Positions 28,940-38,075 of a stretch of 50,549 nucleotides of DNA are shown here, piece by piece; within the stretch, counting starts at the first letter, position 1; every line of letters starts with the position of its first letter. Position numbers and translations under genes: made by a program. A model generated the notes under the pieces. That model saw only the letters and a list, made by a program, of their open reading frames with translations. It searched no databases and was not told where the DNA came from. Origin of the DNA: Chloroflexota bacterium (GTDB lineage Bacteria > Chloroflexota > UBA11872 > VXNJ01); NCBI GenBank assembly GCA_963577415.1, contig CAUYYU010000001.1:1-50549 (forward strand), given 5' to 3'.

Positions 28940-29428
28940 ATGAATCGAGAAGACGAGACGGCGAGCATGACCCGAGTCAGCGAATCGCGCCCCACCGACG
29001 CCGATGGATTCACCCACTCGGCCGGCGGCGTCGCCTTTCGAGAAACGGCCCGCGGGTTTGAGTTCGCCCTGGTAAAGAGCCACACGGGAAACTGGGTGCT
29101 GCCCAAGGGTGGAATCGAGCCCGGTGAGACCGCGCTGGAAGCCGCCGTGCGTGAAATTGCCGAGGAGACCGGATTGCGCACCGAGGTCACCGAACACCTA
29201 GGCCACGTCCGCTACCAATTCCGTGCTTCCGGCGAAACCCTGAACAAGGTGGTGAATCACTACCTGGCGCGGGTCGTCGGCGGGCGTCTGGCTCACGATC
29301 CCAAAGAGCACTGCGCCTGCGCCTGGTTCTGCTCCGAGGAGGCCGTGCGGGTCGCGCGCTTTCCAAACGAGGTGAACATAATCGCTCGCGCCGGGGAGGC
29401 CTTGCGGCGGCACGCGAGCGCTTCCTGA
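28940..29428 (+). CDS. NUDIX hydrolase
   Basis: Nudix box: LPKGGIEPGETALEAAVREIAEETGL. Confidence 0.85.
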   Translation: MNREDETASMTRVSESRPTDADGFTHSAGGVAFRETARGFEFALVKSHTGNWVLPKGGIEPGETALEAAVREIAEETGLRTEVTEHLGHVRYQFRASGETLNKVVNHYLARVVGGRLAHDPKEHCACAWFCSEEAVRVARFPNEVNIIARAGEALRRHASAS

Positions 29429-29483
29429 GACGATCCACCGCTGCGGTCCACGCCACCGGCCGCTCGCGATTCCGGTCTCGGTC

Positions 29484-31124
29484 GTGACACGATTTGTGAC
29501 CGGCTGGCGGGCGATATTCCCTCTGCTCGCCACTCTTCTGCTGGTCGCCTGCTCGCCTCTGGAACCCGGCGACACCGGGAACGCCCTGATCGGCACGGTC
29601 ACGCAGCCCGCGTCGGCCCCGGCGGCGATCGCTCCCGGCCATCTGCGCACGCTTGGCCCCCGGGCGGTGACTCTCGACCCGGCCCTGGTGCGCGATGTGG
29701 GGTCCGGCAGCTATGTCGTCGAGATTTTCGCCGGCCTCGTGAAACTGGACGGCGATCTCAACGTAATCCCCGACCTGGCCGAGAGCTGGGACGTGTCGCC
29801 CGACGGGCTCACCTTCACCTTCCAGCTCCGCCCCGACATCCGCTTCGCCGACGGACGCGAAATCACCTCCGCCGACGTGGTCTTCTCCATGGAGCGAGCG
29901 CTTTCGCCGGAGATAGCCTCGCCGGTCGCCCGCGTTTACCTCGACGATATCGACGGCGCCAGCGACTACGCCGCCGGGGGGCTCGATGGCGTCAGTGGAG
30001 TTTCCGCTATCGACCCGCGCACCGTGCGCATAGTCCTGCAACGACCGGCCACCTCCTTCATCTCCAAGCTCACCCATCCCGTTTCGTTCGTGGTCGACCG
30101 CAACGAAGTTGACGAGTTCGAGTGGTTCCGCACGCCCAATGCCAGCGGGCCCTTCGAGCTGGAAAGCTGGGCGGTGCGGGAAGAGATAGTGCTGGTCCGC
30201 AACGACAATTACCACACCCCCGCCCTGCTGGACCGGGTGACGCTGGCCATCGTCGGTTCCGGAGAAGGCCTGCTCGGCTACGAGACCGGCAGCGTGGACA
30301 TCGTCCCGATTTTCGGCCGCAACGTCGACCGCTTCCGCGGCAGCGGCGAGCGCTTTAGCGAGGACTACCTGGCCGTTCCCGAGTTCTCACTTTTCTACAT
30401 CGGATTCAACACCCAGGTGGATCCGTTCGACGACGTACACGTCCGCCGCGCCTTCGTGCAGGCGATTGACATCGAGAAGATCAACCGGGTCACCTTCCGC
30501 GGCCACGAAATTACCGCCAACGGCATCCTGCCCACCGGCCTGCCGGGAAGCGATCCCGACCGGGAGCCGTTGCCTTACGATCCCGAGGCGGCCCGCCGAG
30601 AGCTGGCCCTCTCGAAATACGGCGGCGCAGAGAACCTCCCCGACATCACCTTCCTGATCGCCGGCGGCGGCCTGCTCCCTCCTCAGGACGTCGAGGCCAT
30701 GCTCTTCTTCCTGCGCGAAAACCTCGGAGTCAGCGTGCGCATGCAGGCGATCGACTTCGCCGACTTCCTACTTGAGGTTGAAAATCCCGACCACCAGCAC
30801 CAGATGATCACTTTCGGATGGGTCGCCGACTATCCCGACCCGGACAACTTCCTGGATTTTCTGTTCCTGTCGGGCAGTCCCGAAAACGCCACCCGCCTCT
30901 CGGACCCCCGGGTCGACGCGCTGCTCGAAGAAGCACGGATTGAATCTGACCAGACCCGGCGGCTCGAGCTTTACCGGCAGGCGGAGGACATCATCATCGA
31001 GGACGCCGTCATCCTGCCCATGCGGTTCGGCGTCGATCATTACCTGGTCAAGCCCTACGTCGAGGGATTCGCTCCGTCCGGTGGTCTGCAGGAGTGGATG
31101 TCCACCGTGCGGATCGGCGGGTAG
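29484..31124 (+). CDS. ABC transporter substrate-binding lipoprotein, family 5 (peptide/nickel type)
   Basis: GTG start, signal peptide with lipobox LLVAC. The length and motifs (e.g. GWVADYPDP) are typical of SBP_bac_5. Confidence 0.88.
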   Translation: MTRFVTGWRAIFPLLATLLLVACSPLEPGDTGNALIGTVTQPASAPAAIAPGHLRTLGPRAVTLDPALVRDVGSGSYVVEIFAGLVKLDGDLNVIPDLAESWDVSPDGLTFTFQLRPDIRFADGREITSADVVFSMERALSPEIASPVARVYLDDIDGASDYAAGGLDGVSGVSAIDPRTVRIVLQRPATSFISKLTHPVSFVVDRNEVDEFEWFRTPNASGPFELESWAVREEIVLVRNDNYHTPALLDRVTLAIVGSGEGLLGYETGSVDIVPIFGRNVDRFRGSGERFSEDYLAVPEFSLFYIGFNTQVDPFDDVHVRRAFVQAIDIEKINRVTFRGHEITANGILPTGLPGSDPDREPLPYDPEAARRELALSKYGGAENLPDITFLIAGGGLLPPQDVEAMLFFLRENLGVSVRMQAIDFADFLLEVENPDHQHQMITFGWVADYPDPDNFLDFLFLSGSPENATRLSDPRVDALLEEARIESDQTRRLELYRQAEDIIIEDAVILPMRFGVDHYLVKPYVEGFAPSGGLQEWMSTVRIGG

Positions 31125-32816
31125 GTGGGCCTGGCTCGAATCCGCAGCGGCATTGCCCGGTCGGTCGGCGTGGCGGTGGTGGTCTTGCTGCTTGCGGCGC
31201 TGACCGCCTGTGAACGTGAGCCGTCCACGCCCAGCCCGGGCGCTCCGCCCTCCCCCACCGACACACCGGCTCCAGAAACACCGACCATCCTGCGTCTGGC
31301 GATGCGCGAACTGAAGACGCTCGATCCCGGCCTGACCATGACTCTGGACCCGGGCGTGGCGAGGTATTCGGAGGCGCTGACGATCGTGAATCTTCTCTTC
31401 GAGCCGCTGCTGACCGTGGACGCCGACGGCCGGGTCGTGCCCGCCGCCGCCGAAAAATGGTCCGCCACCGCCGGGGGGCAATCGTTCACCTTCACCCTGC
31501 GACCCGACCTAAAGTGGAGCGACGGCTCTCCGCTGACCGCGGCGGATTTCGAATACGCCTGGAAGCGGATACTGGACCCCAAGGTGCCCTCGGATTCGGC
31601 CTACCTCCTGTACCCGATCGCCGGGGCGATGGACTACGCCGACGGAGTCACCACGGACGCCGGCGGCGTGGCCATCGAGGCGCTGTCGGAGCGGGCATTG
31701 AAGGTGACCCTCGCGGTCCCCTCAATGTCTTTCCCGGCCCGCATCGCGCAATGGCCGTTCGCCCCGGTCCCCGAGCGGATCGTCGCCGCCGCCGGGCAGC
31801 GCTGGACTGAGGCCGCCAACATCGCCGGCAACGGCCCGTACATGCTGGCCGGGTGGGACCATGGCGAAAGCATGCGGCTGGTGCGCAATCCCAACTACCG
31901 CGATCCCTCGCGCCAGCCGGTGGACGAGATCGTGGTGAAGCTGGTCGGCGAGGACGAGTCCCTGGCCGGCCTCTTCGCCGAGGGCCAGACCGACATCGTG
32001 GAATTGCGCGGCGACGATCTGGACCGCGCCCGCAACGACGAGACCCTGCGCGGCCGCAGCGCCGTCTACGAGACGGCCGGGAACTGGTTCCTCGTGTTCA
32101 ACGCGGCCAAGGAGCCGTGGGACGATCCGCGCGTGCGCAGGGCGTTCTCACTGGCGCTGGACCGGGAGCGGCTGGTGGGACTCGTGTTCGAGGGCGCCGA
32201 AACCCCCTCCGCGAGCCTGCTCCCGACGGCGGCGCGATCCTCTCAAGCTTCGGGGATCAATCTGCCTGACGCCGCCGCCGCCGCGCAGGCGCTCCTGGCC
32301 GAAGCCGGCTATCCCGGCGGCGAAGGTCTGCCCGTGATCACGTTCGTCTACCACCAGACCGCGCGCTGGGACCGGCTAGCCAGTTACCTGCAATCGCGCT
32401 GGTCCGAGGTCCTGGGCGTCGAAGTCGAGATCGATGTGCGCGAATGGCGGGATTTCCTGGACTTCACGATCGATCCCGGCGATTTCGACATCTACCGCGC
32501 CGGATGGAACGCCGAGTACCTGGACCCGGAAAACTGGCATAACGTCCTCTGGAGTTCCAGCGACGATTTCCTGCGATCGGGCTGGTCCGACGCGGAATAC
32601 GACTCCCTGATCGAACAGGCCGATCACGAAGACGAGCCGGCCGCCCGGCGCAACGCCTACGCTGGCGCCGACGCGATTATGGACGAGGAGATGCCAGGCA
32701 TTCCGCTGGCCAGCCGTGCCCGCGCTTTCCTAATCGGGGCCGGCGTCAGCGGCGTGCGCATCGACCCGCTGGGCGGGTATCTCGTGTTGGACGAAGTGCG
32801 GTTGCCTGGGCCTTAG
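31125..32816 (+). CDS. ABC transporter substrate-binding lipoprotein, family 5 (paralogue)
   Basis: GTG start immediately after the upstream TAG. Lipobox ALTAC. GWNAEYLDP motif. Confidence 0.88.
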   Translation: MGLARIRSGIARSVGVAVVVLLLAALTACEREPSTPSPGAPPSPTDTPAPETPTILRLAMRELKTLDPGLTMTLDPGVARYSEALTIVNLLFEPLLTVDADGRVVPAAAEKWSATAGGQSFTFTLRPDLKWSDGSPLTAADFEYAWKRILDPKVPSDSAYLLYPIAGAMDYADGVTTDAGGVAIEALSERALKVTLAVPSMSFPARIAQWPFAPVPERIVAAAGQRWTEAANIAGNGPYMLAGWDHGESMRLVRNPNYRDPSRQPVDEIVVKLVGEDESLAGLFAEGQTDIVELRGDDLDRARNDETLRGRSAVYETAGNWFLVFNAAKEPWDDPRVRRAFSLALDRERLVGLVFEGAETPSASLLPTAARSSQASGINLPDAAAAAQALLAEAGYPGGEGLPVITFVYHQTARWDRLASYLQSRWSEVLGVEVEIDVREWRDFLDFTIDPGDFDIYRAGWNAEYLDPENWHNVLWSSSDDFLRSGWSDAEYDSLIEQADHEDEPAARRNAYAGADAIMDEEMPGIPLASRARAFLIGAGVSGVRIDPLGGYLVLDEVRLPGP

Positions 32817-32857
32817 TTAGCTAGAAGTCTCGGAGCTTCCGTACGCCGGGTTCTTAT

Positions 32858-33853
32858 TTAGAGCGATGCCCTGGCCAACCGCCGCCGTGCCCAGGCCGCC
32901 GCGCCGAGAATCCCGATCTTCTCGCCAAGCGTCCAAGGGACGATGCGCAGCTCTTCTTTGAAGCCGGGCATCGCATACATCTGCACATATTCTCGCAGCG
33001 GATCGAGCAGGAGATTGCCGGCGTTGGCCACCCCGCCCCCCACCACGATCAGGCCGGGATTCAGCACGTGGATGAAGCTGACGAAGCCCGCTCCCAGGGC
33101 GCGGACGGCCCGGTCCCAGGCGATATTGGCCATGGCATCCCCGTCGCGGGCCGCGGCGGCCACCTCGCGGGCGGAGAGTTCGCCCCGCTCGTCAAATATG
33201 GTGTTTAGGGGTGATTGCGGATGCCCGGCCAGCAATTCCTCGGCGTAGCGGGCGATGCCCAGTCCGGCGCTGAACTGCTCCACGCAGCCGATGTTGCCAC
33301 TGGTATGGACGGGCGCGTGGAAATCGACCGTCATATGACCCACCTCGCCCGCATTCCCCGTCGAGCCCAGCAGCAGCTCACCGTCCACCAGGATTCCCGC
33401 GCCCACCCCGGTGCTGACCGTCACGTAAACCATGTCGTTGACGCCGCGCCCGGCGCCGTACTCATGTTCCGCCAGGACCGCCAGATTGGCATCGTTGCCC
33501 AGGAACGTGGGGAGCTTGAAGCGCTCGCGCAGCGGTGCGGCGACGCCGATGTTTTCAAAGCCGGGGATGTTGGGGGCGCGCAGGATCGAGCCCGTTTCAT
33601 AGTCCAGCGGACCGGGCGCCGCCACCCCGAGGGCGGCGCAATCGCTCGCCGCATGTCCCGCCGCGTCCAGCGCCTGCTGGGCAGTGTCGCCGGTCCGCGC
33701 CAGCACCGCCGCGGGATCGTCGCCGGCGCCGGTTTCGGCGAACTGCAACCCGCGCACCTCGCCGCCGGGATCGACCACGGCGGCGCGAATCTGAGTCCCG
33801 CCGAAGTCGATGGCGATCACAGGCTGGCTGGCGGCCGGGTCGGTATTCGGCAA
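32858..33853 (-). CDS. ROK-family sugar kinase (glucokinase-like)
   Basis: IAIDFGGTQIRAAV, GNDANLAVLAE and GEVGHM. TTG start is preceded by GGGAGG. Confidence 0.88.
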   Translation of the reverse strand: MPNTDPAASQPVIAIDFGGTQIRAAVVDPGGEVRGLQFAETGAGDDPAAVLARTGDTAQQALDAAGHAASDCAALGVAAPGPLDYETGSILRAPNIPGFENIGVAAPLRERFKLPTFLGNDANLAVLAEHEYGAGRGVNDMVYVTVSTGVGAGILVDGELLLGSTGNAGEVGHMTVDFHAPVHTSGNIGCVEQFSAGLGIARYAEELLAGHPQSPLNTIFDERGELSAREVAAAARDGDAMANIAWDRAVRALGAGFVSFIHVLNPGLIVVGGGVANAGNLLLDPLREYVQMYAMPGFKEELRIVPWTLGEKIGILGAAAWARRRLARASL

Positions 33854-34008
33854 GTTTCGCCTCCCTGGGTCCGGGGAATTCCGATTGGTTGGGAATCGGC
33901 GAGTTACTCCGACAAGGTAGTTCGCCGGTCAGTGCCGGCGCAACTCACTTCGTCAGTACTTTGCGCCCGGGATAGTCCGCATCCGCTGTTTAACCCGGGA
34001 GGGTACTG

Positions 34009-35226
34009 CTAATGATCCCCGGTGCGGGCCGCCTCGAAATCGCGGGACCGGCCGCGGCGTTGGACGTAGAAAGCGGCCGCGGCCGCCGCGGCTGCGGGCA
34101 GGGCCAGCAGGGCCGGCAAGATCATGGCCGCCTTGAATCCTAGGCCTTCGACGACCAGCCCGGTGAGCGGTGGAAAGATCATGCCGGCCAGCCCGGCGCC
34201 CGCGACTATGAACCCGGTCAACGCCCCGACCATCGCCGGCTGTCCCCGGACGCCGATCGCCAGCGCGGTGGGGAACGAGCCGCCGATGAGGATGCCGGTG
34301 ACGGCCAGCGCGGCGAACGCCAGCGGGATGCTCCCGGCGACGACCACCAGAAGTCCGGTGGCCGCGCTAGCCCCCATCGTCGTGAAAATCAGGACGTGAT
34401 GATCCACGTAGCGGGCGGCGAGACCGGACAGGCCGCGTCCCACGACGATGCCGACCCACATGGTCGCGATCGAGTAGGCGGCCACGCCGCGGCTGGAGCC
34501 GAATTCAATTTCGAAATAGCTCGGCAGCCAGCCGCTGTAGGTGGCCTCCATGCCGACGTAGAAGAGGATCACCGCCAGCATGAGTAGCGGCTGCGGACGC
34601 AGCAACGCCGCCAGCACCCGGCGGGCTGGAGGGCGAGTGAGCTGGACCATCGGAGGAAAGCGGACGAACAAGTAGGGCAGCAACGTCGTGAGTGAAAGGA
34701 CCGCGGTCGCCCCGGCGATCCCGCGCCAGTGGAAGCCTGCGTCCAGCGCCACCCCAACCAGCAGCGGACAGATCACCGCGCCCACGCCAAAGAAGAGATG
34801 CAGGTAGTTCAGGGCCGACGCGACCGACTGCCTGGAGACGTCAATTACCAGTGCGTTCAGCGCACCATCCACCAGGCCCATCCCCAATCCGAATACGAAG
34901 GCGCCGGTAAGAAAGACCGGCCAGGTCGGGCTCACGGCGGCGATGACGAATCCGGCCAGGATGAAGGCCGGCCCGGCCAGGACGAACGGGCGCCGGCCGT
35001 AGTGATCTGACGCCGTCGTGCCCGCCATCACCGCGATGATGTAGGCCGCCGACGCCACCAGGAACACCAGGCCCATCTCCGCCTGTCCCCGCTCGAACGT
35101 CTCCCTGATCGGCTGCAAGAGCGGCCCCATTACCGTCAGCGCCGCGCCAAATCCGGTGAAAGTCCAGATCGAGGCTAGGAAGACGCCCCGGTAGGAAGGC
35201 GTTTTCGGGGCTGCTACCGCGGCCAA
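34009..35226 (-). CDS. MFS transporter
   Basis: 405 aa with about 12 TM segments. TTG start. Confidence 0.85.
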   Translation of the reverse strand: MAAVAAPKTPSYRGVFLASIWTFTGFGAALTVMGPLLQPIRETFERGQAEMGLVFLVASAAYIIAVMAGTTASDHYGRRPFVLAGPAFILAGFVIAAVSPTWPVFLTGAFVFGLGMGLVDGALNALVIDVSRQSVASALNYLHLFFGVGAVICPLLVGVALDAGFHWRGIAGATAVLSLTTLLPYLFVRFPPMVQLTRPPARRVLAALLRPQPLLMLAVILFYVGMEATYSGWLPSYFEIEFGSSRGVAAYSIATMWVGIVVGRGLSGLAARYVDHHVLIFTTMGASAATGLLVVVAGSIPLAFAALAVTGILIGGSFPTALAIGVRGQPAMVGALTGFIVAGAGLAGMIFPPLTGLVVEGLGFKAAMILPALLALPAAAAAAAAFYVQRRGRSRDFEAARTGDH

Positions 35227-35258
35227 TTAATTAACCCCTGTCGCCGGCGTTGTGATGT

Positions 35259-36506
35259 TCAGCCGGCCAGGTCGGCCAGCTCGCCGTCGGGGGTGAACTC
35301 CAGAGCCCGGGCGTCCCCGTGCCGGGTTGCCGTTCCGGCCTCCTCCATTTCGGCGGCGACCGGTTCCGAGGCCAGGAAAGTTTCGATTTTGAGCGTGCTC
35401 TTGATACGCACCATGCGCAGGTCGGCGCCGCGGGCTTTTCGCCGGGCGATGTGGGCCGACATCTCCAGGCACTCGCGGTCGGTGTCGAACGTCATCGGGC
35501 ACGCCACCACATCCGGCGCCATCGCCGTTTGCGCATTCACGTAGGTGTCGTGCCAGTCGACGCTATCGACCAGCTTGCGGGTGGTGAAGTTGGCCGCGCC
35601 GATGCCGGTGGCGTTTCCGTGGGAGACCGCTGTGAGCCGCAGCACGCTGATGAATTCGTAGAGGGGGATTTTCTCCCCGCCGGCCCGACGCCACTTGCCG
35701 ATCACGTTGGTGTCCATGCCGGAACCGGAGATGTTCTTGCCCATCTCGTCGATAACCAACAGATGCAGCTGATCGGTGGGGATCCGGGCGATGAGGCGCT
35801 TGGCCTCCCCCAGCAGTTCTCGGTCGGTCGCGTGGAACTCATCTGGCCCGGCTACCCGGGCGTAGGCCGGTCGGTCGAAGGCGTTCTCCACCAGGCCGAC
35901 GCCGAAGAAAATCTTGCCGGTGTCAAGCATCACCGCGGCAGCCTCGGGAATCGTGCGGGTGAGCCCGCCCTCGTGGATGCGCTCCGCGCCGGCCCGTTTG
36001 CCCAGACCGACGCACATGATCTTGCAAAGCCCGCTCTCGATGTCCGAGCGGAATCCGGTATGCGGCTTGATCCGGCCTATGACCACCACATGATCCGCCG
36101 CGAACGCGTTGGCGTCGCCGTGGACTTCCACGTTGTCCGGAGTCGTGCCCAGCACCACCGTGTCCATCGTGGCTCGAATTTCCGCTCCGACCCCGTCCGG
36201 CGTGATCCCGTAATCCAGCAGCACCTTCCGTTGGCCCTCCGCCGTTCCGCCGCCGTGGCTTCCCATGGCCGGGACGATGAACGGCCGCAGCCCGGCCGTC
36301 TTGATCTCTTTGACCACGGTCCTTACCACCTGCTGGATCGGCGAGACCCCGCGACTGCCGACTCCGATCGCGACCGTTTCGCCCGCCTTGAAACTGGCGG
36401 CGGTGAGGCGCGCGCGGAGGCCATCCGTGAGCACCGCTTCCAGGTCGTCGATCTCGGTTTCGTCAAATTGCTGGCGCATGGGCACCAGGGGCGGCAGTTC
36501 GAACAT
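35259..36506 (-). CDS. LarA-like (DUF2088, lactate-racemase N-terminal domain) family protein
   Basis: Start set at ATG 36504-36506, preceded by AGGAGG. IVPAMGSHGGGTAEGQ, GRIKPHTGF, IESGLCKIM and GLGK match my memory of this family. Confidence 0.6.
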   Translation of the reverse strand: MFELPPLVPMRQQFDETEIDDLEAVLTDGLRARLTAASFKAGETVAIGVGSRGVSPIQQVVRTVVKEIKTAGLRPFIVPAMGSHGGGTAEGQRKVLLDYGITPDGVGAEIRATMDTVVLGTTPDNVEVHGDANAFAADHVVVIGRIKPHTGFRSDIESGLCKIMCVGLGKRAGAERIHEGGLTRTIPEAAAVMLDTGKIFFGVGLVENAFDRPAYARVAGPDEFHATDRELLGEAKRLIARIPTDQLHLLVIDEMGKNISGSGMDTNVIGKWRRAGGEKIPLYEFISVLRLTAVSHGNATGIGAANFTTRKLVDSVDWHDTYVNAQTAMAPDVVACPMTFDTDRECLEMSAHIARRKARGADLRMVRIKSTLKIETFLASEPVAAEMEEAGTATRHGDARALEFTPDGELADLAG

Positions 36507-36626
36507 GAGCCTCCTGCGTAGAGCGATTAGGGTGGTGGGATCCCGCCGGTTGGCGGTTGCCATGCGCAGAATAATACCCGCCGGGCCGTCCCGGGTCCGC
36601 CGTGTGGCCGGTGTATTCGGAGCCAC

Positions 36627-36641
36627 CGAAAATGGTTTTCG
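36627..36641. promoter_or_regulatory. AT-rich inverted repeat CGAAAA-TGG-TTTTCG in a divergent promoter region
   Basis: Perfect 6-bp arms followed by ATTTTTGTT, between the LarA-like gene (-) and the metallophosphoesterase gene (+). Confidence 0.25.
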
Positions 36642-36710
36642 ATTTTTGTTACGCTGTCAGCCCCGATCACGTAAATAGCGGCATACGCGGACTAGGGAGG
36701 TCGTTGGCGC

Positions 36711-37454
36711 ATGGAACTGGCCATAATCTCGAACATCCACGGGAACCTGGTGGCCCTCCGAAGTGTCCTGGACGACATCGACTCCAACGGCATCAAACCC
36801 GAGGACATCATCTGCGCCGGTGATGTCGCGCTAATGGGAGTGCAGGGTCCGCGCTGCCTGAGGATGTTGCAACGCGACGAGATCCCGACGGTCAAGGGAA
36901 ACACCGACCGCTGGATCGTCGACTACGACAAGCTCTTGGCCGAAGGCAAGCTCGAAGCTGGTTCGTCGCTGGCCCGGGCGGTGGAATGGACCCGAAACCA
37001 ACTCGGTGAGGAGGCGGTCGCGTACCTGGGCGATCTTCCGCCGCAGATGATAGTGCAGAGTGGCAACGGCGCCGGGGACCTACAAATCGTCCACGGCACT
37101 CCGCGCAGCGACGAGGAAGGCTTCATGGCGGGCGACAACGACCAGCGTCCCCTGAACCTGGCCGCCGGATCGACCGCCTACGCCGTCATCGGCGCGCATA
37201 CGCATCGCTCCTTCGCCCGGATGGTCGGCGGCATGCTGATCGCCAACGCCGGCTCCGTCGGGCGCTCTTACGAAGGCCGCGCGGGCCGCGCCACCTACCT
37301 GGCCGTCCACGATCGAACCGGCCTCTGGCACGTGGATATTCGACAGGTTCACTACGACAGCCGACGCGCGTACCGCGAGATCCTGGACTCCGATTTGCCG
37401 CTGGACTCAAAGTACACCGAATCCCTCCTGACGGCCGCCGCGCCTGCGGTCTGA
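36711..37454 (+). CDS. metallophosphoesterase (YfcE-like)
   Basis: ISNIHGN, AGDV and GAHTH motifs. GGGAGG lies upstream. Confidence 0.85.
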   Translation: MELAIISNIHGNLVALRSVLDDIDSNGIKPEDIICAGDVALMGVQGPRCLRMLQRDEIPTVKGNTDRWIVDYDKLLAEGKLEAGSSLARAVEWTRNQLGEEAVAYLGDLPPQMIVQSGNGAGDLQIVHGTPRSDEEGFMAGDNDQRPLNLAAGSTAYAVIGAHTHRSFARMVGGMLIANAGSVGRSYEGRAGRATYLAVHDRTGLWHVDIRQVHYDSRRAYREILDSDLPLDSKYTESLLTAAAPAV

Positions 37455-37484
37455 AGTCCCACCGGTCCCAGCGCTGAAATTGTC

Positions 37485-37513
37485 CGGCCCGGAGGTATTC
37501 GCTTCCCGGGCCG
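37485..37513 (+). terminator. GC-rich stem-loop downstream of the metallophosphoesterase gene
   Basis: CGGCCCGG (37485-37492) pairs with CCGGGCCG (37506-37513) around a 13-nt loop. There is no U-tract. Confidence 0.3.
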
Positions 37514-37532
37514 CTTGCACCCGCTCGCCGCG

Positions 37533-38075
37533 ATGAGTTCGAGTAACGCCCCCCGCTTCGGCCACCAGTTCTGTCGCTTCTGCGGCGGCCCCACCGAGGC
37601 GCTTAATTCCGGCGGTACGCATCTACGCTGCACCGACTGCCGCCGCGACCTCTACGTAAATTCCAAGCCGTGCGCCGAGACGGTCATCATCCGCGACTGG
37701 CGGGTGCTGCTGCTGCGGCGCACCATCGAGCCCTATGACGGCTACTGGGACATACCCGGCGGATACCTCGAAGAGGACGAGTTACCCGAAGCCGGCGCCA
37801 TCCGCGAGGCTCGCGAGGAGGCCAACCTGGATGTCGAGTTGAAGGGCCTCATCGGCATGACCCTCGACGACTATCCCGGCCAGGAAAAGCTCACCGTGCT
37901 CACCGTCTCCTACCTCGCCGAGCCGCTGGGCGAACCGCGACCCGGCGATGAGACCGGCGAAGTGCGCTATTTCGCCGAGGATGAGATTCCAAACAATTTG
38001 GCCTTCGGCCATGCCCGGGAGACCATCCGCGAGGCTTTCGCCCTGCTGCGGCGGCTGGACGATTCCGCCGGCTAA
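37533..38075 (+). CDS. NUDIX hydrolase with an N-terminal zinc ribbon (NudC-like)
   Basis: CRFCGG...CTDCRR zinc ribbon, plus Nudix box GGYLEEDELPEAGAIREAREEANL. ATG 37533 (track ORF starts at TTG 37515). Confidence 0.8.
   Translation: MSSSNAPRFGHQFCRFCGGPTEALNSGGTHLRCTDCRRDLYVNSKPCAETVIIRDWRVLLLRRTIEPYDGYWDIPGGYLEEDELPEAGAIREAREEANLDVELKGLIGMTLDDYPGQEKLTVLTVSYLAEPLGEPRPGDETGEVRYFAEDEIPNNLAFGHARETIREAFALLRRLDDSAG

Noticed and set aside
27358-29197. Very long ORFs antisense to, or in an alternate frame of, glpK (27358..28911 +, 517 aa; 27695..29197 -, 500 aa). Similar cases occur at 4156..5316 +, 11938..13359 -, 16432..17625 -, 22749..23894 -, 24020..25255 -, 35319..36521 + and 47402..48532 -.
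   Set aside because: Each is fully overlapped by a gene with clear family motifs. Their translations are Arg/Gly/Pro/Ala-rich low-complexity sequence with no recognisable domains. Long open antisense frames are expected in GC-rich DNA.
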